Below are positions 47,895 to 59,932 of a stretch of DNA of 64,000 bases, one piece after another. The DNA is from Ranitomeya imitator. Its lineage: Eukaryota. The stretch covers positions 11,594,001 through 11,658,000 of the forward strand of contig NC_091285.1 in the NCBI RefSeq assembly GCF_032444005.1, written 5' to 3'. The notes beneath the pieces are model-generated. The model saw nothing but the letters and a program-made list of their open reading frames with translations. It had not been told where the DNA came from and made no database searches. The position numbers and the translations under genes are program-made. The stretch's first letter is position 1. Each line of letters begins with the position of its first letter.

Positions 47895-49784
47895 GCCCCA
47901 GGTGTGGGGAAGACTGTCCCTCTTTCTCTCGGCCTGGGAGAAAATTACCTGCAGTCCATGGAACCTGAACATAATAAAATCGGGACTGAAACTGACATTT
48001 ATCAAACCCCCTCGTCCCTCCTTTATGGTGACATCGCCAAGATCTTAAGGAGAGGAGCAACTGGCATTGGAAAACGAGGTCATTGGACTAGTGAACAAGG
48101 GGGTTCTCCTAGAAGTTCCCCCCCCCCCCAAGAAAAAGGGCAAGGATATTATTCCCCACTGTTCCTGAGGAAAAAGCCGGAAGGGTCATACAGGACTATC
48201 ATAAACTTAAAAAAAACTAAACAAATACCTAGAGGTTCAAGATGGAAACAATAAAGACATCTATAAAAATGCTGTTTCCTCTGTGTTTCATAGTAGTCCT
48301 GGACCTGAAGGACGCTTACTATCACGTCCCTATCCACAGAGATCACCAAAAGTTTCTCAAGATAGCAGTTCACATCAGGCGGGTGTTAAACCACTTTCAA
48401 TTTTCAGCCCTCCCCTTCGGGCTAGCCATAGCTCCAAGAGTATTCACCAAGCTAGTTGCAGAGGTAATGGCTCACCTGAGGGAACAGGGCACACTGTTCT
48501 TGCCATACCTAGACCTTTTGGTAATCGGCTCCTCTCCCCAACACTGCAGCAAACAATTAGAGGCAATAATGGACTCTCTAGAAAAGCTGGACTGGCTGAT
48601 AAACTTAAAAAAATCCAGGTTATTACCATCCCAAATCCAAGAATATCTGGGTCTTACTCTAGACTCCGTAAAACAGGAATGCCGCCTTCCTGCGGAAAAA
48701 ATACAAAAAATATCGGGGCTGGTGTCCAAAATGCAAGATCTCCCCTCCATAACCCTCCGCCAAGCCATGTCCCTCTTGGGATCCACGACATCATGTATCC
48801 CTGCAGTCCAATGGGCTCAGCTACATTCGAGAGACCTTCAATGGCAAATCTTGTCAGAAGAAGTCTCTCTAAAAGGGAATTTAGAAGGTCGGTTCAGTTT
48901 ATCTCCGCACACAACTCAGGCACTAAACTGGTGGACATCGCAAAGCAATCTTTCCCAGGGGGTCCCGTGGGTAACTCCAATTTCAAAAAATAGTAACCAC
49001 GGACGCAAGCAAGCGGGAGGGGGGCTCATCTGAACGACCTATTAGCCCAAGATACTTGGCCACCGACTCTAGCAAAAGAATCTTCCAACATAAAAGAACT
49101 AGTGGCGGTCAAGTTTGCACTACTGGAGTTCTTGGGGCCCCTTCACTCCCACCATGTCAGGATTATGTCAGACAACAGGGTAGTGATAGCGTACCTGAAT
49201 CACCAAGGGGGTACTCGCTCTCAAAAACTGATGGAAGTAGCCAAATCAATATTCCACATAGCCGAAAGCAACCTTCTATCCCTCTCAGGCCTTCACATAA
49301 AAGGGTGGACAATTACAGAGTGGACTTTTTGAGTCGTTCCCGTCTAAAGCAAGGAGAATAGGAGCTAAATCAAACAGTGTTCACCCAGATTACAGAAAAA
49401 TGGGGGGTACCGAGCATAGACCTATTCGCAAACAACCTGAACAAAAAAGTAAACACTTTTTGCTCCATAACTCCATTGGGGAACCCAGTATCGGTGGATG
49501 CGTTCCTGATTCCATGGCTCCATCAACTAGCATATGCCTTTCCCCCAATTGCTCTGATTCCGGCAGTGCTGAGGAAGATTCGGGAGGACGGGGCCGATGT
49601 GATCTTGATAGCCCCGTTCTGGCCGAAGAGGCCTTGGTTCTCTTGGATGATGAGGATGTCAATATCCATCCCTTGGGTAATTCCGGACCTTCCAAACCTC
49701 CTCTCCCAGGGCCCAGTTCATCATCATCATCCGCAAGTTGCAAGCTTACACTTGACAGCCTGGCATTTGAGAGGCAGCTACTAG
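47895..49784 (+). pseudogene. DIRS pol: RT, RNase H and N6-adenine methyltransferase-like domain, frameshifted
   Basis: YSPLFLRKKPEGSYRTIINLK, LDLKDAYYHVPI, LPFGLAIAPRVFTK, PYLD-LLV (YLDD lacks one Asp), SDNRVVIAYLNHQGGTRS, IDLFA...YAFPP...LIAPFWPKRPWF. Confidence 0.9.
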
Positions 49785-50794
49785 AAAGCAGAGGATTCTC
49801 TCCGGGGCTGGTATCTACTCTACTACAAAGTAGGAAACCAATTACGACCAAACAGTATAGGAAAATATGGAAAAAATTCCTTTCATCCTCGGGTGCTAAA
49901 ATAAATGAAGGAGTCCCTCTTAAATCCATATTGGAGTTCCTACAAAACAGGTTGGAAATCGGTCTAGCCACAAGCACCCTGAAAGTCCATGTAGCAGCAT
50001 TGGGAGCCCTATTTAACTATGATTTGGCAGGGAATCGGTGGGTTTCCAGGTTCATCAGGGCAGCAGGTAGATCGAGACCTCTTCCAGTAAGGGTTACCCC
50101 TAAATGGGATTTAAATTTGGTCCTTAAGGCCCTGACTAAACCTCCCTTCGAACCCTTGGAGGATATCCCATTGAAAATCCTATCCCTCAAAACATCCCTG
50201 CTGGTCGCCCTCACCTCTGCACGTAGAGTTAGTGACATACAGGCTCTATCTGCTAACCCTCCTTACACCCAGTTTTTGGAGGATAGGGTTGTTCTCAAAA
50301 TAGACCCAGCATACCTCCCAAAAGTAGCATCCCAATTCCATAGAACTCAAGAGATATCTCTTCCCTCCTTTTGTCCCAACCCTAAAAACAAGGAGGAAGA
50401 ATCCTTACATACATTAGATGTCAGAAGATGCCTCATGCATTACATAGAAGCCACCAGAGAGAGTAGGGAGGACGCCTCTCTTTTTGTGTGTTTTCAGTGG
50501 CCCCGGAAGGGGAAAAAAGCCTCCAAAGCCACTTTGGCAAGATGGATCATGGACGCCATCAGCCTATCGTACTCATCAAGTGGGATGCCCGTCCCGGGAG
50601 ATGTCAAGGCTCACTCAACAAGAGCAGTAGCAACCTCTTGGGCAGAGAAGGCCGGAGCTTCAGTTGACCAGATATGTAGAGCTGCTATCTGGTCCTCACC
50701 ATCTACATTCTATAGGCACTATAGATTGGACATTATCTCCTCTTCAGACCTTACCTTTGGTAAAAGGGTTCTGGAAGCGGTGGTCCCTCCCTGA
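49781..50794 (+). CDS. DIRS tyrosine recombinase, open frame
   Basis: SARRVSDIQAL (R), KAHSTRAVATSWA (HxxR), AIW, TFYRHY (catalytic Y); no stops in the ORF track. Confidence 0.9.
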   Translation, partial: LESRGFSPGLVSTLLQSRKPITTKQYRKIWKKFLSSSGAKINEGVPLKSILEFLQNRLEIGLATSTLKVHVAALGALFNYDLAGNRWVSRFIRAAGRSRPLPVRVTPKWDLNLVLKALTKPPFEPLEDIPLKILSLKTSLLVALTSARRVSDIQALSANPPYTQFLEDRVVLKIDPAYLPKVASQFHRTQEISLPSFCPNPKNKEEESLHTLDVRRCLMHYIEATRESREDASLFVCFQWPRKGKKASKATLARWIMDAISLSYSSSGMPVPGDVKAHSTRAVATSWAEKAGASVDQICRAAIWSSPSTFYRHYRLDIISSSDLTFGKRVLEAVVPP

Positions 50795-53794
50795 ATATAC
50801 AATCTCTGCAAATCTCTCCGAGGTGCCGTCATGGGTGTCAGAGAACAATATAGTTCTTACTGATTACGGTATTTCTCTGAGCCCATGACGGCACCCGTAC
50901 ATTCCCTCCCTTCACTTATGGGTGTGCACACTAATATAGTGCCATATGCTAAGTACCTGAATAGTCACGCGGTATGTCAATTAAGTTTAAGTAATGTTAA
51001 AAGTCAAAACTCTATTCCTTAGCCTCCCATCGTTCTCTAGTAAACAACTGATGCGGGAGAGAGGTACCGCCTTTTTATCTGTAGGTTTCCTGTCCTTGGT
51101 GGGCGGATCCCCTTCTCTCCGTGGTGCCGTCATGGGCTCAGAGAAATACCGTTACCGGTAAGAACTATCTTTTTCTTGACCAACCAGAAAGATGCACACA
51201 AATTCAAAAGTCTATTCTTCCTGGCTTGGTGAAAATAGAAGTCTGGATAATTAAGATACAATGCTATGTCCTCACAAAAAAGAATAATATAGGCTTGGTA
51301 AACCAAGTATCTAGGCTTATCATGTGTATCTAAGCCTATTACTTTTGATTACATAGCTTAACAATCATTTCATGTGTAATACGGTCTGCTGAGCTTTTAT
51401 CCTAGTGGGCTATAATTTGTAATATTTTCTGCTCAGTTGCTTTATCTAAGTCTGTCATGATGTGTAGTCTTTTATTTAGACACACAGTGTATTTCCATAT
51501 AATTTGAATAGAAAATACTGCGTCAAACAGCAAACAGTTCTGCAGAGAGAATCACATGGTACACTTGTGTATGTACACATTCGGGTAAGTGTACCATGTG
51601 ATACACTCTGCAGAACTGTGCACCCAAGATTCTGGTAAGTGAAAGAAATCTGCTAAACCCCTGTCTTTGTGCCCCAACAACAAATAACTTGATTGTTAAG
51701 AGATTGCTCTGTTTATTTAAACACAGTCTGGGCGATTTATCAAAAGCTTGCTTCAAATCCACAACATAGGTGGAATTGGAATGAGGTGTGGCTACGCCCG
51801 ACCATGAAATTCAGCAAAACTGTCATTATTTATATTGCCAGAAATGCTACTGGAGTAGCATTTTTGGTAGGGCGTAATGAAGGCGTATGCCGCTGGGAAG
51901 AGCACCAAATTCATTGAGATGTGCACCCCGTAATGAATTCGGCGCATTGTTCTCTAGCAAGAACTTCATTAAGACTGGCGTATACAATGCCTGTCTTAAT
52001 CAATTGTGCTCCATGTATTTCCCTTTACTTCACAGGGTACAGCGATGGGCACCTCGTGCACCCTTAGTGATGCTAAGCACTCTATGGGGAATGTTTTAAG
52101 GATGAGCATATATAGAGGTCTTCCCTGGGGTAACAGAAACAAGTTTCAAGTGATGAGATCGCTTCATAATATGGAAGGAGGTTAGGCTTAGAGATCTATG
52201 TGTCTGAGCCTGGCATGTTTGATACTTGGCTGCTGAATGTTTTGGCTACCTTGCCAAGTTTAAAACTATATTTTTTTCTGTCTATTATGCATTGATAACA
52301 ATTAGCTCTTCTGTGTGGGGGGTATGTCATTTGGGCCCATTATGTATTTCGCTTCTAACAACGGATACATTAAAGATCACCTAACTTACCCCTTGTCATT
52401 CAAATTAAACCATAGGAGCTTTGCTGGAGACAAATATATTGAGACCTTCCCTTCTCAACAAAAAAACAATTTCACATGCTACATTGAGATAACTTCACAA
52501 TAAGGAAGAGTTCTCAAGAGAATAGAGCCACTAATGCATGTATCTAAGCCTATGATGTTTGATACTATCTGCTAAGCCATTTTTCTCTACCACCAAGTTA
52601 TTTTCTGCACGGCTTTGTAAGCTTGTAATTTACTTTACTGAGCTATGACTACAGCATCACATGATATTCATAAATAGCTGTTGCATAATGTTTCTTATGA
52701 AACTGTAATTTCATCTGACTGTTTTTCTTTTTTTTGGCAGTGTTCCACAGTGGCGTATCCGGGGGGGGGGCAGCCGGGGCATATCCATGGGGGGCAGAAA
52801 ACTGAGGAAATTTTAGGGGGCAGAAATCTGAGGACATTATGGGGGCAGAAATCGTATGGATGAGGAAACAGTACTGTGGAATGGGGGGCATGTTTGAGGA
52901 AACAGTACATGGGAATGGGGGGCATGTATGAGGAAACCGTATGGGGGAATGGGGGGCATATCTGAGGAAACAGTATGGGGGAATGGGGGGCATATCTGAG
53001 GAAACAGTATGGGGGATGGGTGCAGACAGTGTAAGGAGTCAATGGGGTTATGTATGCGGGCACAGTATGAGTATCGATGTGAAAAATGTATGTGGATAAA
53101 GTACGGGGAGTGAGGGTGATGGGATGTGTGCAGACACAGTATGGGGAGTCAGGTGAGCAGGCAGTGTATTAAGTGAGGAGGTAAATATATGAGGAGACAG
53201 TATGGTGAACAGGGGAATGTGTGGAGACAGTGGGAGGAGGGAGGGGAATAGTGTGAGGAGACAGTATGGGGGGAGGAAAGTGAGTGGGCACAGAATAGAA
53301 ACTGAGTAGTGGGGCGTGGCATGGGGGGACAGTGTAAGGGCACAGCCAGGAGGGGACAGTATACCAAGGAGGGGGCGTGTGATGAGAGGGTCCGGTATAA
53401 ATACTGGGCCCTATAGGGGGGCACAGTATGAGAGGACAGTGTGAAGAGGGGGCCAGTATGGAAAGGAGAGGTCAGTATGAAGAGCATGTACCATAAGAGG
53501 GACCATATGGGGGTCATATTTTGTGCAGACAACATAGTGAGGGGCAATTTTTTATTCAGGAGCATTATAATGACACTTGTATCTTTAAGGGCATCATGTG
53601 GAGATTTTCTGCAAAAGAGCGTAGAAGATGGAAGTCTGCAGAGACGGCTGTGGATGAGAAAACTCATCATGGGGTCTGAACAAGATGAAGAAAAGAAGAA
53701 CGGCTCCAGAGTCAACGCCATCTATAAGGTACCTGGATGTAAATGTTATTTGTGATACTGACTAACATGTTTTTATTTATGTTAGGAGCATTAA

Positions 53795-54119
53795 AGGGAC
53801 ACTGTCACCTGAATTTGGAGGGAACAATCTTCAGCCATGGAGGCGGGGTTTTTGATTCACCCTTTCCTTACCCGCTGGCTGCATGCTGGCTGCAATATTG
53901 GATTGAAGTTCATTCTCTGTCCTCCGTAGTACACGCCCATAGTACACGCCTGTGCAAGGCAAGATTGCCTTGTGCAGGCATGTACTACGGAGGACAGAGA
54001 ATGAACTTCAATCCAATATTGCAGCCAGCATGCAGCCAGCGGGTAAGGAAAGGGTGAATCAAAAACCCCGCCTCCATGGCTGAAGATTGTTCCCTCCAAA
54101 TTCAGGTGACAGTGTCCCT
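53795..54119. mobile_element. T2/Kolobok-type palindromic MITE
   Basis: TTAA on both sides; AGGGACACTGTCACCTGAATTTGGAGGG arm is matched by a near-perfect inverted arm of more than 120 bp. Confidence 0.9.
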
Positions 54120-54532
54120 TTAAAGGGGATGTCCAGGTTTGTAATGAGTCTGCAGTTATTCTTTGTGACTGCAGATTTCTGAGTTCTCACAGTGCGCACT
54201 GCACGATGTCAGGATTCTCTCGTGCTGGCGATTTAGATACATGCGGTCACGTGCTGACTAGACATGTGTGGCCTCACTCAGTGAGAATGAACTGAGTGAG
54301 GCCGGGCACGTCGAGTCGGAATGTGGTCAGAAGTATACGAATCACATACTTGTGCTGACATGACCGTCCTCCGGTAAGGGAGAATCCTAAAAGTGTGCAG
54401 TGCACGAGTTGTGAGAATTCAGTAGCCTGCGATGTCAGGATTCAGCTCTGCAGGTTCCAGTAGTCGTCACATGGACACTTCACTCATATGCGACTTTCAC
54501 ACTTATGGTCCTGTGCATCGAGCTTCTCTTTG

Positions 54533-54770
54533 TTATTATTATTATTATTTATTGTTATAGCACCATTTATTCCATGGCGCTTTAAATGTGAGGAGGGGTA
54601 TACATGATAAAAACAAGTACAATAATCTTAAACAATACAAGTCATAACTGGTACAGGAGGAGAGGACCCTGCCCGCGAAGGCTCACAATCTACAAGGGAT
54701 GGGTGAGGATACAGTAGGTGAGGATAGACTTGGTCATGCAGCGGTTTGGTCGATCGGTGGTTCTCTTCTG
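54533..54770 (-). mobile_element. L2-type 3' fragment
   Basis: (ATT)n, GCACCATTTATTCCATGGCGCT and GAGGACCCTGCCCGCGAAGGCTCACAATCTA form the reverse of an L2 tail. Confidence 0.7.
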
Positions 54771-55284
54771 CTTCTCTCAGTTTTTCACTGAACAATGAGA
54801 GCGTTAGGAAAAGCGGATCGCCAGTCCTGTGGGGGGAGGGGGAGGCACCAAAATGAATTCTTGCCCCGGGTGCCAGAAACCCTAGATACACCTCTGGTGT
54901 TCCATTTTAACCTTTATCAGGGGTAAATCTCGTACCCATCGCTGTACTCTGTTGGATTTAATGAGAAATACATTGTGTTTGAATAAACAGAATATTCTTC
55001 CAACAAAGACATTTTAGGAGAAGCATATATCAAAGCCTTCCCCTACCCAACAATAGCAATGCTCAGATAAAACAATGAGACAACTTCTTAACAGAGAAGA
55101 GATTAGGTTTAGAGAGCAAAGTATCTAAGCCTATCGTGTGTGTGTGATACTACTTGCTTTGCTTCTGTATCCACTATGCCCTTTCAACAGTAAGCTTGTC
55201 TGAGCTAAGTTTACCTCCAGTAATAGAGGCTCAATCCTTACCTTATTAAATTATCTCGTTCATGCATGTGGCACCACCCATATA

Positions 55285-55453
55285 TTACTTGTAGATTGTA
55301 AGCTGACGAGCAGGGACCTCACTGCTAATGTCACTGTTTACATTGTCTTAACTTGTACTGAATTTATTGTCTGTACATGTCCCCACTTAATTGTAAAGTG
55401 CTGCGGAATATGTTGGCGCTATATAAATAAAAAATTATTATAAAAATTATTAT
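55285..55453 (+). mobile_element. L2-type 3' fragment
   Basis: TAGATTGTAAGCTGACGAGCAGGGACC...TGTAAAGTGCTGCGGAATATGTTGGCGCTATATAAATAAA. Confidence 0.72.
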
Positions 55454-55490
55454 AAAGGGGTTGCCCACTACTAGGACAACCCCTTCTTAA

Positions 55491-58400
55491 CCCCTCTGTG
55501 ACCTTAGACGTACTATCCCGTCGAGGTGCCCTGGGCTTATCTGACCCTGGACGGGATAGTACATCATAGCCGATCGGCCGCGCTCACGGGGGGAGCGCGG
55601 CCGATCGCGGCCGGGTGTCAGCTGCTTATCGCAGCTGACATCCGGCACTATGTGCCAGGAGCGGTCACGGACCACCCCCGGCACATTAACCCCTGGCACA
55701 CCGCGATCAAAGATGATCGCGATGTGCCGGCGGTGCAGGGAAGCACCGCGCAGGGAGGGGGCTCCCTGCGGGCTTCCCTGAGACCCCCGGAGCAACGCGA
55801 TGTGATCGCGTTGCTGCGAGGGTCTCACCTCCCTCCCTGCTCCCTCCAGCCCCGGATCCAAGATGGCCGCGGATCCGGGTCCTGCAGGGAGGGAGGTGGC
55901 TTCACAGAGCCTGCTCAGAGCAGGCACTGTGAAGCCTGCAGCGCTGCATGTCAGATCAGTGATCTGACAGAGTGCTGTGCAAACTGTCAGATCACTGATC
56001 TGTGATGTCCCCCCCCCCTGGGACAAAGTAAAAAAGTAAAAAAAATTTTTTCCAAATGTGTAAAAAAAATAAAAAAAAATATTCCAAAATAATGAAAAAA
56101 AAAAAAAAATTATTATTCCCATAAATACATTTCTTCATCTAAATAAAAAAAAACAAAACAATAAAAGTACACATATTTAGTATCGCCGCGTCCGTAACGA
56201 CCCGACCTATAAAACTGTCCCACTAGTTAACCCCTTCAGTAAACACCGTAAGAAAAAAAAAAAAAAGGGGCAAAAAACAACGCTTTATTATCATACCGCC
56301 GAACAAAAACTGGAATAACACGCGATCAAAAGGACAGATATAAATAACCATGGTACCGCTGAAAGCGTCATATTGTCCCGCAAAAAAAGAGCCGCCATAC
56401 AGCATCATCAGCAAAAAAATAAAAAAGTTATAGTCCTGAGAATAAAGCGATGCAAAAATAATTATTTTTTCTGTAAAATAGTTTTTATCGTATAAAAGCG
56501 CCAAACCATAAAAAAATGATATAAATGAGGTATCGCTGTAATCGTACTGACCCGAAGAATAAAACTGCTTTATCAATTTTACCAAACGCGGAACGGTATA
56601 AACGCCTCCCCCAATAGAAATTCATGAATAGCTGGCTTTTGGTCATTCTTCCTCACAAAAATCGGAATAAAAAGCGATCAAAAAATGTCACGTGCCCAAA
56701 AATGTTTTCAATAAAAACGTCACCTCGTCCCGCAAAAAACAAGACCTCACATGACTCTGTGGACCAAAATATGGAAAAATTATAGCTCTCAAAATGTGGT
56801 ATTGCAAAAAATATTTTTTGCAATAAAAAGGGTCTTTCAGTGTGTGACGGCTGGCAATCATAAAAATCCGCTAAAAAACTCGCTATAAAAGTAAATCAAA
56901 CCCCCCTTCATCACCCCCTTAGTTAGGGAAAAATAAAAAAAAATGTATTTANNNNNNNNNNNNNNNNNNNNNNNNNNNNNNNNNNNNNNNNNNNNNNNNN
57001 NNNNNNNNNNNNNNNNNNNNNNNNNNNNNNNNNNNNNNNNNNNNNNNNNNNNNNNNNNNNNNNNNNNNNNNNNNNNNNNNNNNNNNNNNNNNNNNNNNNN
57101 NNNNNNNNNNNNNNNNNNNNNNNNNNNNNNNNNNNNNNNNNNNNNNNNNNNNNNNNNNNNNNNNNNNNNNNNNNNNNNNNNNNNNNNNNNNNNNNAGGGT
57201 TTAGATTACATTTACAGTTGGGAATAGGGTTGGGATTAGGGTTAGGGGTGTGTCAGGGTTAGAGGTGTGGTTAGGGTTACCGTTGGAATTAGGGTTAGGG
57301 GTGTGTTTAGATTAGGGTTTCAGTTATAATTGGGGGGTTTCCACTGTTTCGGCACATCAGGGGCTCTCCAAACACGACATGGCGTCCGATCTCAATTCCA
57401 GCCAATTCTGCGTTGAAAAAGTAAAACAGTGCTCCTTCCCTTCCGAGCTCTCCTGTGTGCCCAAACAGGGGTTTACCCCAACATATGGGGTATCAGCGTA
57501 CTCAGGACAAATTGGACAACAACTTTTGTGGACCAATTTCTCCTGTTACCCTTGGGAAAATACAAAACTGGGGGCTAAAAAATAATTTTTGTGGGAAAAC
57601 AAAAAGATTTTTTATTTTCACGGCTCTGCGTTATAAACTGTAGTGAAACACTTGGGGGTTCAAAGTTCTCACAACACATCTAGATAAGTTCATTGAGGGG
57701 TCTAGTTTTCAATATGGGGTCACTTGTGGGGGGTTTCTACTGTTTAGGTACATTAGGGGCTCTGCAAACGCAATGTGACGCCTGCAGACCATTCCATCTA
57801 AGTCTGCATTCCAAATGATGCTTCTTCCCTTCCGAGCCCTCCCATGCGCCCAAACGGTGGTTCCCCCCCACATATCGGGTATCAGCGTACTCAGGACAAA
57901 TTGGACAACAACATTTAGGGTCCAATTTCTCCTGCTAACCTTGGAAAAATACAAAACTGGGGGCTAAAATATAATTTTTGTGGAAAAAAAAATTTTTTTT
58001 ATTTGCATGGCTCTGCGTTATAAACTGTAGTGAAATACTTGGGGGTTCAAAGCTCTCACAACACATCAAGATGAGTTCCTTAGGGGGTCTACTTTCCAAA
58101 ATGGTGTCACTTGTGGGGGGTTTCTACTGTTTAGGTACATTAGGGGCTCTGCAAACGCAATGTGACGCCTGCAGACCATTCCATCTAAGTCTGCATTCCA
58201 AATGGCGCTCCTTCCCTTCCGAACCCTCCCATGCGCCCAAACGGTGGTTCCCCCCCACATATGGGGTATCAGCGTACTCAGGACAAATTGGACAACAACT
58301 TTTGGGGTCCAATTTCTCCTGTTACCCTAGGGAAAATACAAAACTGGGGGCTAAAAAATAATTTTTGTGGGAAAAAAATTTTGTTTTATTTTTATGGCTC

Positions 58401-59659
58401 TGCATTATAAACTTCTGTGAAGCCCTTGGTGGGTCAAAGTGCTCACCACACATCCAGATAAGTTCCTTAGGGGGTCTACTTTCCAAAATGGTGTCACTTG
58501 TGGTGGGTTTCAATGTTTAGGCACATCAGTGGCTCTCCAAACGCAACATGGCGTCCCATCTCAATTTCTGTCAATTTTGCATTGAAAAGTCAAACTGCGC
58601 TCCTTCCCTTCCGAGCTCTCCCATGCGCCCAAACAGTGGTTTACTGCCACATATGGGGTATCAGCGTACTCAGGACAAATTGGACAACAACTTTTGAGGT
58701 CCAATTTCTTCTCTTACCCTTGGAAAAATAAAAAATTGGGGGCAAAAATATAATTTTTGTGAAAAAATATGATTTTTTATTTTTACGGTTCTGCATTATA
58801 AACTTCTGTGAAGCACTTGGTGGGTCAAAGTGCTCACCACACCTCTAGATAAGTTCCTTAGGGGGTCTACTTTCCAAAATGGTGTCACTTGTGGGGGGTT
58901 TCAATGAGCTCTCCCATGCGCCCAAACAGTGGTTTACTGCCACATATGGGGTATCAGCGTACTCAGGACAAATTGGACAACAACTTTTTGGGTCCAATTT
59001 CTCCTGTTACCCTTGGTAAAATAAAACAAATTGGAGCTGAAGTAAATTTTTTGTGTAAATGTTCATTTTTATTTAAACATTCCAAAAATTCCTATTAAAC
59101 ACCTGAAGGGTTAATAAACTTCTTGAATGTGGTTTTGAGCACCTTGAGGGGTGCAGTTTTTAGAATGGTGTCACACTTGGGCATTTTCTATCATATAGAC
59201 CCCTCAAAATGACTTCAAATGAGACGTGGTCCCTAAAATAAAATGGTGTTGTAAAAATGAGAAATTGCTGGTCAACTTTTAACCCTTATAACTCCCTAAC
59301 AAAAAAAAAAATTGGTTCCAAAATTATGCTGATGTAAAGGAGACATGTGGGAAATGTTACTTATTAAGTATTTTGTGTGACATATCTCTGTGATTTAATT
59401 GCATAAAAATTCAAAGTTTGAAAATTGCGAAATTTTCAAAATTTTCGCCAAATTTCCGTTTTTTTCACAAATAAACGCAGGTACTATCAAAGAAATTTTA
59501 CCACTATCATGAAGTACAATATGTCACGAGAAAACAATGTCAGAATCACCAGGATCCGTTGAAGCGTTTCGGAGTTATAACCTCATAAAGGGACAGTGGT
59601 CAGAATTGTAAAAATTGGCCTGGTCATTGACGTGCAAACCACCCTTGGGGGTAAAGGGG
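55491..59659. mobile_element. Non-autonomous piggyBac-like element with internal ~390-bp tandem repeats (spans the gap)
   Basis: TTAA|CCCCT...AGGGG|TTAA. TATGGGGTATCAGCGTACTCAGGACAAATTGG-like motif recurs at ~57484, 57873, 58260, 58652 and 58945. No transposase seen. Confidence 0.72.
56952..57195. other. Assembly gap (244 N)
   Basis: Run of N. Confidence 1.
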
Positions 59660-59932
59660 TTAAATGAAATGTTTGGCCCTGATAAAATAGTAAAGTGCGT
59701 ACTCTCCTCCCGTGCTGGCTCCGTTTATGTAATGTTGGCACTCGCTCTCCCCGGAGAGTGGACAACCCTTTAAGTACCAAGTGAACAATCCATATTTCAC
59801 AATGTTGACAATACACTGTGCCAAATAGCATCATTACGACACAGGAGTGATTCACAGTGTCTAGTACCCACTGCATACCTGAAATTGGTCAGGGTGTAAC
59901 CATTGCCACCATCTCATCTTAGCATGGGTGAA

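Larger units (their letters stand above)
45995..51175 (+). mobile_element. DIRS1-type tyrosine-recombinase retrotransposon, near full-length, decayed
   Basis: Left ITR ~45995-46098 is the inverted match of right ITR ~51041-51146. 3' extension to ~51175. Internal complementary region ~50822-50895 pairs with both ends. Order gag, RT/RNaseH, methyltransferase, recombinase. Confidence 0.95.
52748..54896. mobile_element. Non-autonomous hAT element with internal purine-rich repeats
   Basis: TIRs CAGTGGCGTATC and GATACACCTCTG; perfect 8-bp TSD GTGTTCCA (52740-52747, 54897-54904). Confidence 0.88.
55456..59769. mobile_element. T2-type MITE split by a piggyBac-like insertion
   Basis: Left end AGGGGTTGCCCACT (55456), right end AGTGGACAACCCT|TTAA (59769); interrupted at an internal TTAA. 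Confidence 0.65.

Noticed and set aside
49400-49780. N-terminal extension of the 464-aa recombinase ORF as a novel domain
   Set aside because: Alternate-frame overlap with the MT region, as is usual for DIRS; no recognisable motif.
49377-49784. Bacterial or phage DNA methyltransferase (contamination or horizontal transfer)
   Set aside because: It is the standard MT domain between RNase H and the recombinase in DIRS1 elements.
57196-57320. Telomere or interstitial telomere
   Set aside because: Only scattered, degenerate TTAGGG units inside a piggyBac-like element.
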